From contig JAQULK010000001.1 in assembly GCA_028718635.1 (NCBI GenBank), positions 316,692 through 380,691 on the forward strand: a stretch of DNA of 64,000 bases, read 5' to 3'. The translations under genes were made by a program, and so were the position numbers. The notes below the pieces were generated by a model. It did no database searches. It had not been told where the DNA came from and worked only from the letters and a program-made list of their open reading frames with translations. Position 1 is the stretch's first letter. The number at the start of each line of letters is the position of its first letter. The stretch is from Minisyncoccota bacterium. Lineage in GTDB: Bacteria > Patescibacteriota > Minisyncoccia > Phycocordibacterales > UBA9973. Below, in pieces: positions 1-9,900 of the stretch.

Positions 1-278
1 CGTTTACTCTTTCTGTTCCTTTGATTTTAATCGGGAATGGATTCGGCGCGTTTCTGGTGCGCCAGCTTACCATCGGTAATATTGAAAGAATCAAGAAATA
101 TGTCTATCTAAAAAATGGAGCGATGTATTCTATACTTGTTTTAGGAATAATCATGATATTGCATTCTTTTGGTTATAATATTCCGGAATATACTTCTCCT
201 CTTTGCACTTTTATCATAATCGGATTTTTCTTTTGGAAATCAATCCCGTTAGAAGCCGCGATCGCAATTAAAAAATAA
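1..278 (+). CDS. Hydrophobic membrane protein, probably a C-terminal fragment of a gene starting upstream of the window; last 11 codons are encoded by repeat element A1
   Basis: ORF 21..278 is hydrophobic with no recognisable motif; stop codon lies inside the family-A element. Confidence 0.3.
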   Translation, partial: FTLSVPLILIGNGFGAFLVRQLTIGNIERIKKYVYLKNGAMYSILVLGIIMILHSFGYNIPEYTSPLCTFIIIGFFFWKSIPLEAAIAIKK

Positions 279-361
279 ACAAAACATGAAGTTAGATATT
301 AAAAAAATTAATAATATAAAACATTAGATAAGCGAGTTGATCGCGATCTGCTTCTAACGGG
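245..361 (+). repeat. Family A hairpin element, copy A1 (about 21-bp terminal inverted repeats cccgttagaagccgcgatcgc / gatcgcgatctgcttctaacggg, AT-rich interior), ends exactly at the ATG of the downstream helicase gene
   Basis: Arms match copies at 14333, 47949 and 49214; direct reading of the sequence. Confidence 0.8.
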
Positions 362-3300
362 ATGAAAAATTTGGAAAAAAATTTTAAAGAAGGATATAAC
401 AGACTGAATAAAGCCCAAAAAGAAGCGGTAGATATTATTGATGGGCCGGTGATGGTGGTGGCGGGGCCGGGTACAGGCAAGACTCAGATATTGGCACTGC
501 GGATCGGTAATATTCTTCTTAAAACTGATATTAAGGCGGATGGCATCTTGTGTTTAACTTTTACAAATTCTGCTGTAAAAGCTATGCGCGAGCGTTTGCG
601 TAAATACATCGGGGTTGAGGCTTCAAAGGTAAAGGTTTCTACTTTTCATGGTTTTGGTATGGATATATTAGATAAATATTTCAACATATTAGGGCTTGAT
701 GAAAAACCTGAATTAATGAATGAACGGGATTCCGTGGCTCTCTGTGATGATATTTTGCAAAACAATGATTGGGAATATATTCGTCCGAGAGCCGATGTGT
801 CGCGATATTTCAAGGATTTAAAAGCGATGATTTCTTTCTTAAAACGCGAACGTATAAGCGGAGAGGATTTGAAAAAAGAAATAAACCGAGAAATTGAGAA
901 TATCAAAAGTGATCCTGCGAGTATTTCTTCTCGAGGAGAAAGCAAAGGCAAAATAAAAAAAGAGGTGGAAAAAAAGATCGAAGGACTTCATCGCACAGAA
1001 GAAGCAGTGAAATTTTATGCTCTTTATGAGGAAATAAAAAAAGAAAAGAATTTATTCGACTATGACGATATTTTGGAATCCTTGGTGCATATCGTGGAAG
1101 AATCCGAGGAAGCAAAAAATTATATCAAAGAAAGTTTTCTTTATGTTTTAATAGACGAACATCAGGATTCTAGCGGGGTGCAGAATGAGTTTTTGGAAAA
1201 AGTTTGGCAAGAAGAAGAAAAACCGAATATCTTTGTCGTAGGTGATGACAGGCAATTAATTTACGGTTTCGGAGGGGCATCCTTGCAATATTTTGAGAAT
1301 TTTAAAAATGCTTTTGGCAAAGCAAAATTAATTACCCTAGAAGAAAATTACCGTTCAACTCAAAAGATTTTAGATTCTTCGCATAATTTATTACAGAGTT
1401 CCATTTCTAAAGGAAAATTAAAGAGCAATCACAAAGAAAATCATGCATTACGTTTGATCGAAGCTTATTACCCTAGAGACGAAATTATTTTTTCAGCGTT
1501 GGAAATAAAGGAAAAGTTAAAGTCCGGATATGACTTTAATGATATAGCTATTTTGGTGCCAAAGAATCGCCAAGTGCGAAGCACTGTGGCTATATTAAAA
1601 GACATGGGTATTCCAGTGGCTGGTATGGAGAGTGTTAATTTTTTTGATGTGCCTGAAACTATTTCTTTTTTTAGGATTTTGAAAATAATCGCTAATCCCA
1701 ACAATGGCGACTCTTTAGCTTTATCTTTTTTTGATAAACTGTCTGGAATTTCTCCGCTTCAGGCGCATGAATTTTTAAAAAATAATAAAATGCGCGAGTT
1801 TTCTTTGTTGAATATAGTTGAGGAGAAAAGTGATTTATTTCATGATTCAAACGAAGTAAATATTTGGATTCAAAAATTGAAATCATGGCTTGATTCTTCA
1901 ACAGAACCTTTATATTTCTTTATTCAAAGAGTAGGTACGGAATTCTTGCTTGACACCGCCAAGGATCACCGAGATCTTATGACGAGGATAGAGGTTTTGC
2001 GAACCGTTCTTCATTTAGTTTTGGCGGAGATAGAAAAAAATCCAAAACTGACTTTGGCAGAATTTCTAAGCTTCTTTGGGCGTATAGAAAATTATGGAGA
2101 AAATATACCACTGGCAATATTTACTCCGAATGAGGGGGTGAAAGTTTTGACCTTGCATGGTTCAAAAGGTTTAGAGTTCGACTATGTCTGGATAGCGCAC
2201 ATGGACGAAAAGTCTTTTTCGGGAAGCAAGCGCGAGGGATTTGCTTTGCCCGCGTCCATAAAAGAAAAAATTGAAAAAAAAGATGAAATAGTGATGAAAC
2301 GCGAATTATACGTGGCCATTACTCGCGCGAAGAGATTTTGCACTATTTCTTATGCTTTAAAATCATACACCGGAGGCGATCAAGAGCTTGCGCATATCAT
2401 TGCCGACCTTGAAGATAATTTTGAAAAACAAAGTGCTGAAGAAACAGAAAAAATAATTTTAAAACGCGACAAGCTTGCATACGTAGAAAATAAAATGATA
2501 GCAGAAGAAAGTCTTGATTTGAAAGGTTTGGTGAAGTTGGTTTCTCGGGATTATGAAGACCGCAAAATATCGGTTTCTCTCCTTAATAATTTCTTTGAAT
2601 GTCCATGGAAATGGTATTTTAGGAATTTATTGCAATTGCCAGAATCAAAAAGCGAGAGCTTAGAATTTGGAAATATCGTTCATGGATCTATAGATGCAAT
2701 TTTAAAGCTTGGCAAGAAACCGAGCGAAGAAGAATTAAAAAATATAATTTCACACCAAGTGCGAAAATCAAATTTTGGAAATGATAGGAAGCAAAAAGAA
2801 TTATTCAATCTCGCTTTAAAAATAATTTCGAGGTGGACGAAATCAAGGCTTCCGGAGATAGGCAAAAATAGGGAAAATGAACAGAGTGTTTCTGTCAACG
2901 ACGACAGATTTCCAAATTTGAATATTTATGGAAAGATAGATTTGATAGAAAATCTACCTGCCCGACACGCTGACGCGAGTCATGCGGGCGGGGAAGGGAA
3001 CAACGTTCGCGTTACAGATTTTAAAACTGGAGGTGTTAGAAAAAAATCCGATATTGAAAAGATAAACGAGGAGGGGAGGATGAGTGATTATATGCGCCAA
3101 CTCGCCATGTATTCGTATTTGCTTAATAAGAATCCAAAATGGAAGAAAAATGTAGTAGAGTCAAAGCTTGAATTCGTGGAAGCATCAAACACGAAGGATA
3201 TTTTTTATAGTACCGTAATAAACAAAGAGCAGATCGACCTCTTGATCAACGATATTAAAGATTATGATAATTTAGTTAAAAATGGCAAATGGGTAGATAG

Positions 3301-3376
3301 ACCTTGTAATTTCAAATCTTATGGTAAAACAAATGCAATTTGTGAATACTGTAAAATGGCAGGGATCTATAAATGA
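362..3376 (+). CDS. Single-chain UvrD/PcrA-family SF1 helicase fused to a C-terminal RecB-like PD-(D/E)XK nuclease with four Cys (AddAB-like function in one polypeptide)
   Basis: N-terminal Walker A GPGTGKT with the UvrD motif order; C-terminal CPWKWYF ... CNFKSYGKTNAICEYC cysteine cluster typical of AddB/Cas4-type Fe-S nuclease domains. Confidence 0.75.
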   Translation: MKNLEKNFKEGYNRLNKAQKEAVDIIDGPVMVVAGPGTGKTQILALRIGNILLKTDIKADGILCLTFTNSAVKAMRERLRKYIGVEASKVKVSTFHGFGMDILDKYFNILGLDEKPELMNERDSVALCDDILQNNDWEYIRPRADVSRYFKDLKAMISFLKRERISGEDLKKEINREIENIKSDPASISSRGESKGKIKKEVEKKIEGLHRTEEAVKFYALYEEIKKEKNLFDYDDILESLVHIVEESEEAKNYIKESFLYVLIDEHQDSSGVQNEFLEKVWQEEEKPNIFVVGDDRQLIYGFGGASLQYFENFKNAFGKAKLITLEENYRSTQKILDSSHNLLQSSISKGKLKSNHKENHALRLIEAYYPRDEIIFSALEIKEKLKSGYDFNDIAILVPKNRQVRSTVAILKDMGIPVAGMESVNFFDVPETISFFRILKIIANPNNGDSLALSFFDKLSGISPLQAHEFLKNNKMREFSLLNIVEEKSDLFHDSNEVNIWIQKLKSWLDSSTEPLYFFIQRVGTEFLLDTAKDHRDLMTRIEVLRTVLHLVLAEIEKNPKLTLAEFLSFFGRIENYGENIPLAIFTPNEGVKVLTLHGSKGLEFDYVWIAHMDEKSFSGSKREGFALPASIKEKIEKKDEIVMKRELYVAITRAKRFCTISYALKSYTGGDQELAHIIADLEDNFEKQSAEETEKIILKRDKLAYVENKMIAEESLDLKGLVKLVSRDYEDRKISVSLLNNFFECPWKWYFRNLLQLPESKSESLEFGNIVHGSIDAILKLGKKPSEEELKNIISHQVRKSNFGNDRKQKELFNLALKIISRWTKSRLPEIGKNRENEQSVSVNDDRFPNLNIYGKIDLIENLPARHADASHAGGEGNNVRVTDFKTGGVRKKSDIEKINEEGRMSDYMRQLAMYSYLLNKNPKWKKNVVESKLEFVEASNTKDIFYSTVINKEQIDLLINDIKDYDNLVKNGKWVDRPCNFKSYGKTNAICEYCKMAGIYK

Positions 3377-3394
3377 TGTGCTATAATATCTTTA

Positions 3395-3505
3395 AATCGC
3401 GAAACATAAACTTTTCTTCGGTACGGAATTTTTGAAGCTTAAAAATTCCTGAAGTTCTCGGCTCGCCAGCCTCGAAACCCCTTCGAAAAGTTATGTTTCG
3501 CGATT
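3395..3505 (+). repeat. Family B inverted-repeat element, copy B1 (TIR aatcgcgaaacataaactttt / aaaagttatgtttcgcgatt; internal palindrome ggatttttt-gaagctt-aaaaaatcc)
   Basis: Near-identical core at 49356..49466 and 52798..52911. Confidence 0.8.
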
Positions 3506-3536
3506 CACAATATTATAAGTTTAATTTAATTTTTAT

Positions 3537-3776
3537 ATGTCAGACGAAAAAGGAGAAAATTTAGTACACGGTTTTGATATTCATGCAGGTGATCATCAGC
3601 ATGCATTAAGTTATATAGAAAGTCATATGAGTCCAGAACAATTAAAAGATATGGTTCACAGGGCAGAGAGCGGGCATAGCGCTCATTTTATGGTTACTCA
3701 CAATGGAGTACAGTCAAATTTCAAATTAATACATCAAGACGGAAAGTTAGTAATTCATCATGCGCATCACATTTAA
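3537..3776 (+). CDS. Small histidine-rich protein (13 His in 79 aa), hypothetical, possible metal-binding; stop overlaps pheS start (TAATG)
   Basis: ORF with translational coupling to pheS; composition only. Confidence 0.45.
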   Translation: MSDEKGENLVHGFDIHAGDHQHALSYIESHMSPEQLKDMVHRAESGHSAHFMVTHNGVQSNFKLIHQDGKLVIHHAHHI

Positions 3777-4498
3777 TGAACGAGGAAAATAAAAAAGGTA
3801 AAATACACCCGCTTTCAATGTTAGCTGAGGAGGCCTATCAGGCGTTTTCTGAGATGGGCTTTGAAATTGCAACTGGTCCAGAGCTTGAAAGTGATTGGTA
3901 TAATTTTTATGTTTTAAATTTCCCCAAAGATCATCCAGCGTTGGATATGCAAGATACTTTTTGGATTAAGGATCAAAAAGGAAAAGTTTTACGCACACAT
4001 ACGACGACTACCACAGCACGAGCCATAGAACAAGCAGGTAAAGATGGCAGAATGCCTTGCGCCTTTATTTCTGTTGGAAAAGTTTTTCGCAATGAAGCGA
4101 CTGATGCGACTCACGAAATGCAATTTTACCAGATAGATGGAATCATGGTGGGTAATATTGAAGATGGAATTTCTGTTGCGAATTTAAAAGGAGTACTCAC
4201 GAAATTTTATAAAAAGATGTTGGGCGAAAATACTGAGATAGAATTTCGTCCCAGTTTTTTCCCTTTTACTGAGCCTTCGCTTGAAGTTCACGCAAAGTTC
4301 AACGGGAAGTGGCTCGAAATGATGGGTGCTGGAATGGTTCATCCGAATGTGCTTCGTAACTGCGGACTTGACCCTGCAAAAGTGCAAGGATTCGCTTTTG
4401 GTGGAGGTCTCGATCGGATTGCGATGATTAAATGGAACATATCCGATATACGATTTTTTTATCAGGGAGATTTGCGTCTTAATCAATTTTCAAAATAA
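3776..4498 (+). CDS. pheS: Phenylalanyl-tRNA synthetase alpha subunit, minimal catalytic-core form
   Basis: FPFTEPS, GAGMVHPNVL, GFAFGGGLDRIAMI class II motifs. Confidence 0.92.
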   Translation: MNEENKKGKIHPLSMLAEEAYQAFSEMGFEIATGPELESDWYNFYVLNFPKDHPALDMQDTFWIKDQKGKVLRTHTTTTTARAIEQAGKDGRMPCAFISVGKVFRNEATDATHEMQFYQIDGIMVGNIEDGISVANLKGVLTKFYKKMLGENTEIEFRPSFFPFTEPSLEVHAKFNGKWLEMMGAGMVHPNVLRNCGLDPAKVQGFAFGGGLDRIAMIKWNISDIRFFYQGDLRLNQFSK

Positions 4499-4504
4499 AT
4501 TCAG

Positions 4505-6322
4505 ATGAAAATTTCTTATAATTGGCTAAAAAGTTATATTCCTGAAGTATCTAATACAGATAATCTTGTAGATATTTTTAACTATCATCTTTGCGAAGTT
4601 GAAGGCCTAGAGAAAAAAGGTAATGATACTGTTTTTGATATAAATATTTTACCAAATCGCGCGCATGATCTGCTTTCCCATCGGGGCGTTGCTCGCGAGC
4701 TTGCTTCACTTTTAGATATAAAATTTATTGATCCGATTTTAAAATATAAAATTCCCGAATCAAAACCAACTAAATTAATAAAAGAAATCAAAAGCGATAA
4801 ATGCCGCCGTTATATGGGGCGGGTTATTCGCAATGTGAAAGTGGCGCCTTCGTCAGAATGGGTCGTGAAGTATTTGGAATCGATGGGGCAGAGAAGTATA
4901 AATAATATTGTGGATGCCACAAATATTGTGATGTTTGACTGTGGACAGCCGGCGCACGTTTTTGATTTAGAAAAAGTAAAAGATTTGAGATTGCAGGTGC
5001 GATATGCTGAAAACGGAGAGAAAATTACTTTACTTGGCGGAGGAGAAAAAATCATGAATGATACTATGATGGTTATCTCTGATGATAAAGGTAATTCGCT
5101 TGATATTGCTGGTATAAAAGGCGGAACATATGCCGAACTAAATCAAAACACCACGGAGATAATTTTAGAATGTGCGAATTTTGACCCCACGAGTGTCCGC
5201 AAAACTGCTCAAGCATTGAATATTTTTACTGATGCGCGAAAACGTTTTGAAAATGATTTGTCGCCGGAGCTGGCAGAGTATGGAATAAAAGAATTGTCTG
5301 CGCTTATTTATGAAATGTGTCCAAACGCTATATTTGAGGATATCGTGGATATTTATCCGGAAAAACAAAAAGAAAGAAAGCTTTCTTTTTCCGCTGAAAA
5401 AATTTCAAAGATTTTAGGTTTAGATGTATCTATTGAGGAGATAGAGAATATATTAAAGAGATATAATTTTACATATGTAGAAGATGGTGGACGGTTTGAA
5501 ATCGTAGTGCCACCGATGCGTCTTGACCTAGTAATCGAGGAAGATATGGCTGAGGAGATCGGCAGAATTTTGGGTTACGACAAAGTCAAAGCGCAAATGC
5601 CTGAAATTGGTTTTCAACCAAAGCAAAATGAGACTTATTTCAAAATATCTTTTGCGAGAAATAAATTGCTAGAAGAAGGATATTCTGAAGTGATGACAAG
5701 CAGTTTCTGCGATGAGGGAGAGGTGGAGGTCTTGGCTTCTGCTTCTGATAAAAATTTCTTAAGAACGAATCTGACAGATGGATTGAAAGAGAGCTTAAAA
5801 TTAGATCAAGTGAATGCCCCATTGCTTGGAATAGAAAAAGTTAAAATTTTTGAGATTGGAACAATTTTCAAGAAAAGCGGAGAAGAGATGCACGTTGCTT
5901 ACGGAGATAAAAAAAGAATAAAAGAAATGAAATTGAAAGATTTTCTACCACCTCGCCCTTCGGGCACTCCTCTTCAGAAAGGAGGAGAAGAATTTCCTCC
6001 CCGCCTTGATAAGGAGGGGGCAGGGGGTGGTAAATTTAAAATGTGGTCACTGTTTCCTTTTATTGCGCGTGATATCGCTGTCTGGGTGCCGGAAAATGTC
6101 CAGAACCAGGAAGTAGCAAAAATTATAAAAGAAAACGCGGGGGGAATGGTGGTTCGCGGACCGGAACTTTTTGATGAATTTAAAAAGGGAGATAAAATAT
6201 CTTATGCTTTTAGATTAGTTTTTCAATCTTATGAAAGAACTTTGAATGACCAGGAAGTAAACGATATTATGACCAAAATAACTGATAAAATAAAGGAAAA
6301 TGTTGATTGGCAAGTGAGGTAA
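4505..6322 (+). CDS. pheT: Phenylalanyl-tRNA synthetase beta subunit (short form) carrying an in-frame palindromic element insertion
   Basis: MKISYNWLKSYIPE N-terminus typical of PheT; B3/4 and B5 regions; adjacent to pheS. Confidence 0.88.
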   Translation: MKISYNWLKSYIPEVSNTDNLVDIFNYHLCEVEGLEKKGNDTVFDINILPNRAHDLLSHRGVARELASLLDIKFIDPILKYKIPESKPTKLIKEIKSDKCRRYMGRVIRNVKVAPSSEWVVKYLESMGQRSINNIVDATNIVMFDCGQPAHVFDLEKVKDLRLQVRYAENGEKITLLGGGEKIMNDTMMVISDDKGNSLDIAGIKGGTYAELNQNTTEIILECANFDPTSVRKTAQALNIFTDARKRFENDLSPELAEYGIKELSALIYEMCPNAIFEDIVDIYPEKQKERKLSFSAEKISKILGLDVSIEEIENILKRYNFTYVEDGGRFEIVVPPMRLDLVIEEDMAEEIGRILGYDKVKAQMPEIGFQPKQNETYFKISFARNKLLEEGYSEVMTSSFCDEGEVEVLASASDKNFLRTNLTDGLKESLKLDQVNAPLLGIEKVKIFEIGTIFKKSGEEMHVAYGDKKRIKEMKLKDFLPPRPSGTPLQKGGEEFPPRLDKEGAGGGKFKMWSLFPFIARDIAVWVPENVQNQEVAKIIKENAGGMVVRGPELFDEFKKGDKISYAFRLVFQSYERTLNDQEVNDIMTKITDKIKENVDWQVR

Positions 6323-6327
6323 AATTT

Positions 6328-6460
6328 CCCCCCACACCTATTTTGTTATTGCTTTTTGTTCTGATTTTATTTTATTTCGTATTGTAAATATAAAAGAGAA
6401 TATTAAAATAATAAAAGTATTGTTTTGAAAAGCAGAACGATAACAAAATAGGTGTGGGGG
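6328..6460 (+). repeat. Family C element, copy C1: perfect 21-bp TIR cccccacacctattttgttat / ataacaaaataggtgtggggg around a 90-bp AT-rich interior
   Basis: Direct reading; related copy at 13973..14051. Confidence 0.85.
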
Positions 6461-6698
6461 TTTCTCCACAACTTACCCTTGCTTTTTAAAATAATAATGC
6501 TATAGTCTGATTATGAAACGAGGAATGCGTCCAAGTAAATATTCTTCAACAAGCACGCTGTTGCTCAGCCTTAAATTTAGAAGGCTGATGTTTGTGCTGT
6601 AAAAATCTCCAAAAAATTACAACCCAAAAATGAGCCTTCTAACCAAAGGCATTTTTTTGTTTTTCGAAAACAGAAGAGAAGAAAGGGGGTAGTAAAAG

Positions 6699-6857
6699 AT
6701 GCCAAGCGATGAACGTCATTTTCAAGAATCAAATTCTTATGTGGGGGAAATTTTTCAGGAAACAGCTCCACAAGGAGAGACTACAGTAGAGTGTCCAGTC
6801 GCCACAGCGTGTATTGACTGCGAACACTACAAAAAAGACTGCAAAGCCTGGAAGTAA
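6699..6857 (+). CDS. Candidate small cysteine-rich peptide (52 aa, MPSDERHFQESNSYVGEIFQETAPQGETTVECPVATACIDCEHYKKDCKAWK) with a strong SD (aaggggg) 8 nt upstream and a hairpin terminator downstream
   Basis: ORF below the 60-aa cutoff of the supplied track; GGGGG SD; followed by the hairpin at 6878..6919. Confidence 0.35.
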   Translation: MPSDERHFQESNSYVGEIFQETAPQGETTVECPVATACIDCEHYKKDCKAWK

Positions 6858-6877
6858 AAGTGAAGTAATCCATCATC

Positions 6878-6930
6878 AAAAGCCACAACGTCCGAAAGGA
6901 GGAAAAACGTTGTGGCTTTCGTACTTTTAC
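6878..6930 (+). terminator. Hairpin aaagccacaacg-N17-cgttgtggcttt followed by a T-containing tract; probable terminator of the small peptide gene
   Basis: 12-bp perfect stem; weak U-tract. Confidence 0.5.
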
Positions 6931-6942
6931 CCAAAAAATCAC

Positions 6943-6971
6943 TAGCAAAACTAATAATATTTTGCTATAAT
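6943..6971 (+). promoter_or_regulatory. Putative sigma70-type promoter (-35 TAGCAA, 17-nt spacer, -10 TATAAT at 6966..6971) only 8 nt upstream of the gyrB ATG, implying a leaderless or near-leaderless mRNA
   Basis: Consensus -10; no Shine-Dalgarno sequence before the ATG at 6980. Confidence 0.45.
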
Positions 6972-6979
6972 ACATATGT

Positions 6980-9900
6980 ATGGCGAAAGAAAAAGAAGAC
7001 AAAAAAGGTGCCGAAAAAGGGCACCGTTATGATGCCTCTGACATTTCCGTTTTAGAGGGGCTAGAACCCGTCAGGCGCCGTCCTGGCATGTATATCGGCA
7101 CCACGGGGCCCGAAGGATTACACCACTTAATATGGGAGATTTTTGATAATTCACGCGACGAAGCGATGGGTGGTTTTTGTAATGATATTGAAATTGTCCT
7201 TCTTCCCGGCAATCGCATTCGCGTGGCAGACAATGGCCGAGGCATACCGATCGATATTCATAAAAAAACAAAAGTTTCTGCTTTGGAAACTGTGATGACG
7301 ACGCTTCACGCTGGAGGAAAATTCGGAGGGGAAGGATACAAAGTTTCCGGAGGTCTTCATGGAGTCGGCGCTTCTGTCGTAAATGCTCTTTCTATTTATT
7401 GCAAAGCGGAAGTTTATAGGGATGGCGGAAAGTATTACCAAGAATATTCTCAAGGCAAGAAAAAATCTGCAGTTAAGAAGAGCGGTGCTTCGAAACTTCA
7501 TGGTACCATCATTACCTTTGAACCCGATGAAGAAATTTTTGGCAAAATTGTGTTTGATTGGAATACGGTAATGAGCCACATCCGCCAGCAAGCTTATTTG
7601 GTAAAAGGATTAAAAATTTTAATAATTGATGCAAGAGGGTGGGATAATCAGAAGGGCTTAAACGAAGAAGACGTTTTTTATTTTAGAGAATTAGGACTAG
7701 AGTTACCCTCAGTGACTTTTTATTTCGAAGGCGGATTGGTTTCTCTCGTAAAATATTACAATAAACTTCATAAGCCGATTCAAAACCACATTTTTTATGT
7801 TGAAAAAGAATTAGATAAAGTTGGGGTAGAAATAGCTTTACAATATGTAGATGATATTTCAGATAGAATTTTTCCTTTCGCCAATAATATTTACACCGGA
7901 GAAGGCGGAACCCACGTGACTGGTTTTAAAACAGCTCTCACTAGGACACTCAATACTTACTGCAAGAAAAATGAAATGATGAAAGAATCCGAAGGCGGAT
8001 TTACCGGCGATGATGTCCTGGAAGGATTGACGGTGGTTATTTCTGTAAAGCTTCGAGAGATACAATTTGAAGGGCAGACTAAAGGGAAATTGGGCAGTAT
8101 GGAGGCTCAGGGTGCGGTGGCGACAGTTTTCGGCGAAGCTTTTGCAAGCTTCCTAGAAGAAAATCCAGATGATGCCAAAGCAATAATCAACAAGTCAATT
8201 CTAGCTCTAAAAGCGCGTAAGGCAGCAAAGGCAGCCAAGGACTCAATCCTTCGCAAAGGCGCATTGGAGGGGATGACTTTGCCGGGGAAGTTGGCAGACT
8301 GTCAAAGTAAAAATGCCTCTGAATCGGAATTGTTTTTGGTAGAGGGGGATTCGGCAGGAGGATGTTTTTCAGCAGATACTAAGGTCGCTTTAGTTGACGG
8401 CAGAGATATTTCTTTTAAAGAATTAATTTTAGAACACAATCTAGGTAAAACAAATTATTGTTATACGATTCTGGATGATGGAAGTATCGGTATTCAAAAA
8501 ATTCTTAATCCAAGAAGAACAAAAATAAATACTGAGGTTATAAAAGTCATGCTAGACAATGAAGAAGAAATTGTTTGCACTCCAGACCACCTTTTTATGC
8601 TTCGTGATGGTAATTATAAAGCAGCTCAAGATCTCGAATCAAATGATTCATTAATGCCGTTGCGAAAGCAATTTTCTAAAATAGGCAAAAGAATTACAAT
8701 TGAAGACTATGAAATGGTTTATGACGGGAAAGATCATAGGTGGATATTTACTCATTTGCTTTCTGATAATTATAATTTAGAGCAAGGCGTTTATCCAATT
8801 ACTGAAGGTTCACATAGGCATCATAAGGATTTTAATAAAAGAAACAACAATCCTGAGAACATTATTCGTTTAACTAAGGAAGAACACATGGCATTGCATG
8901 CTCTCCTTTATGAAAAAAATTTAAAGAGGCCGGATGTTTTGGAAAAATTAAAGAACATAAGAAACACTCCTTCATATCGGGGAAAGATACGCCAGAAAAT
9001 GCTCTTAATGAGAGATGAGCTTAGCGCTCGCGCTAAAGCCCAATGGGAAAACGAAGAATATAAAAAATACATGGTTCAGAAATTTTTAGATTTTTATGCT
9101 TCCAACGAAGAATATAGAAAAAAAAGCCAAGAAATTTTAAAGATTGCTCAGAAAAAATATTGGTCAAATGAGGCAAATGTAGAAAAACAATCCCAAAAAG
9201 TAAAGAATTTTTTTAAAGCGCACCCTGAATTAAAAAAAGGACTTTCTGTAATAGCTAAAGAACAATGGGCAAACTTTGATTTATTGAAATGGCGAAGCGA
9301 TAAGACTAAAGGGCAATGGACCGAAGAATTCAGAGAAAAAAGAAAAGTTGCTTATGATAAAACCTATTATGAAAATACCATCAAGGTGTTGAGAAGAGTT
9401 TATGATAACAATAAAGAAATTGACGTAAATCTTTTTGAAGAAATAAGAAAGAGAGAAAATAATAAAAATGTTCTTTCTTTTAAAACCTTTGTAAGCAGGT
9501 TTTTTGACGGAAACGAGACTGAATTATCTGAGGCAGTGGAAAATTATAACCATAAAATAAAAAAAATTATCCAGCTTTCAGAAAAAATAGATGTTTATGA
9601 CTTAGAAGTTCCGGGAACTCATAATTTTGCTCTTGCTTCTGGAGTTTTTGTTCATAATAGCGCTAAACAGGGTAGGGATCGCCGTATCCAAGCGATATTG
9701 CCACTCCGAGGTAAAATTTTAAATGTTGAGCGCGCGCGAATAGACAAGATGCTCGCTTCCAAAGAAGTGAAATCTCTCGTTATCGCTATGGGTACTTCTA
9801 TCGGAGATACTTTTGATTTAGAAAAAATGCGTTATCATAAAATAATTATTGCTACCGATGCCGACGTGGACGGTTCGCACATTCGTACTTTATTGCTTAC

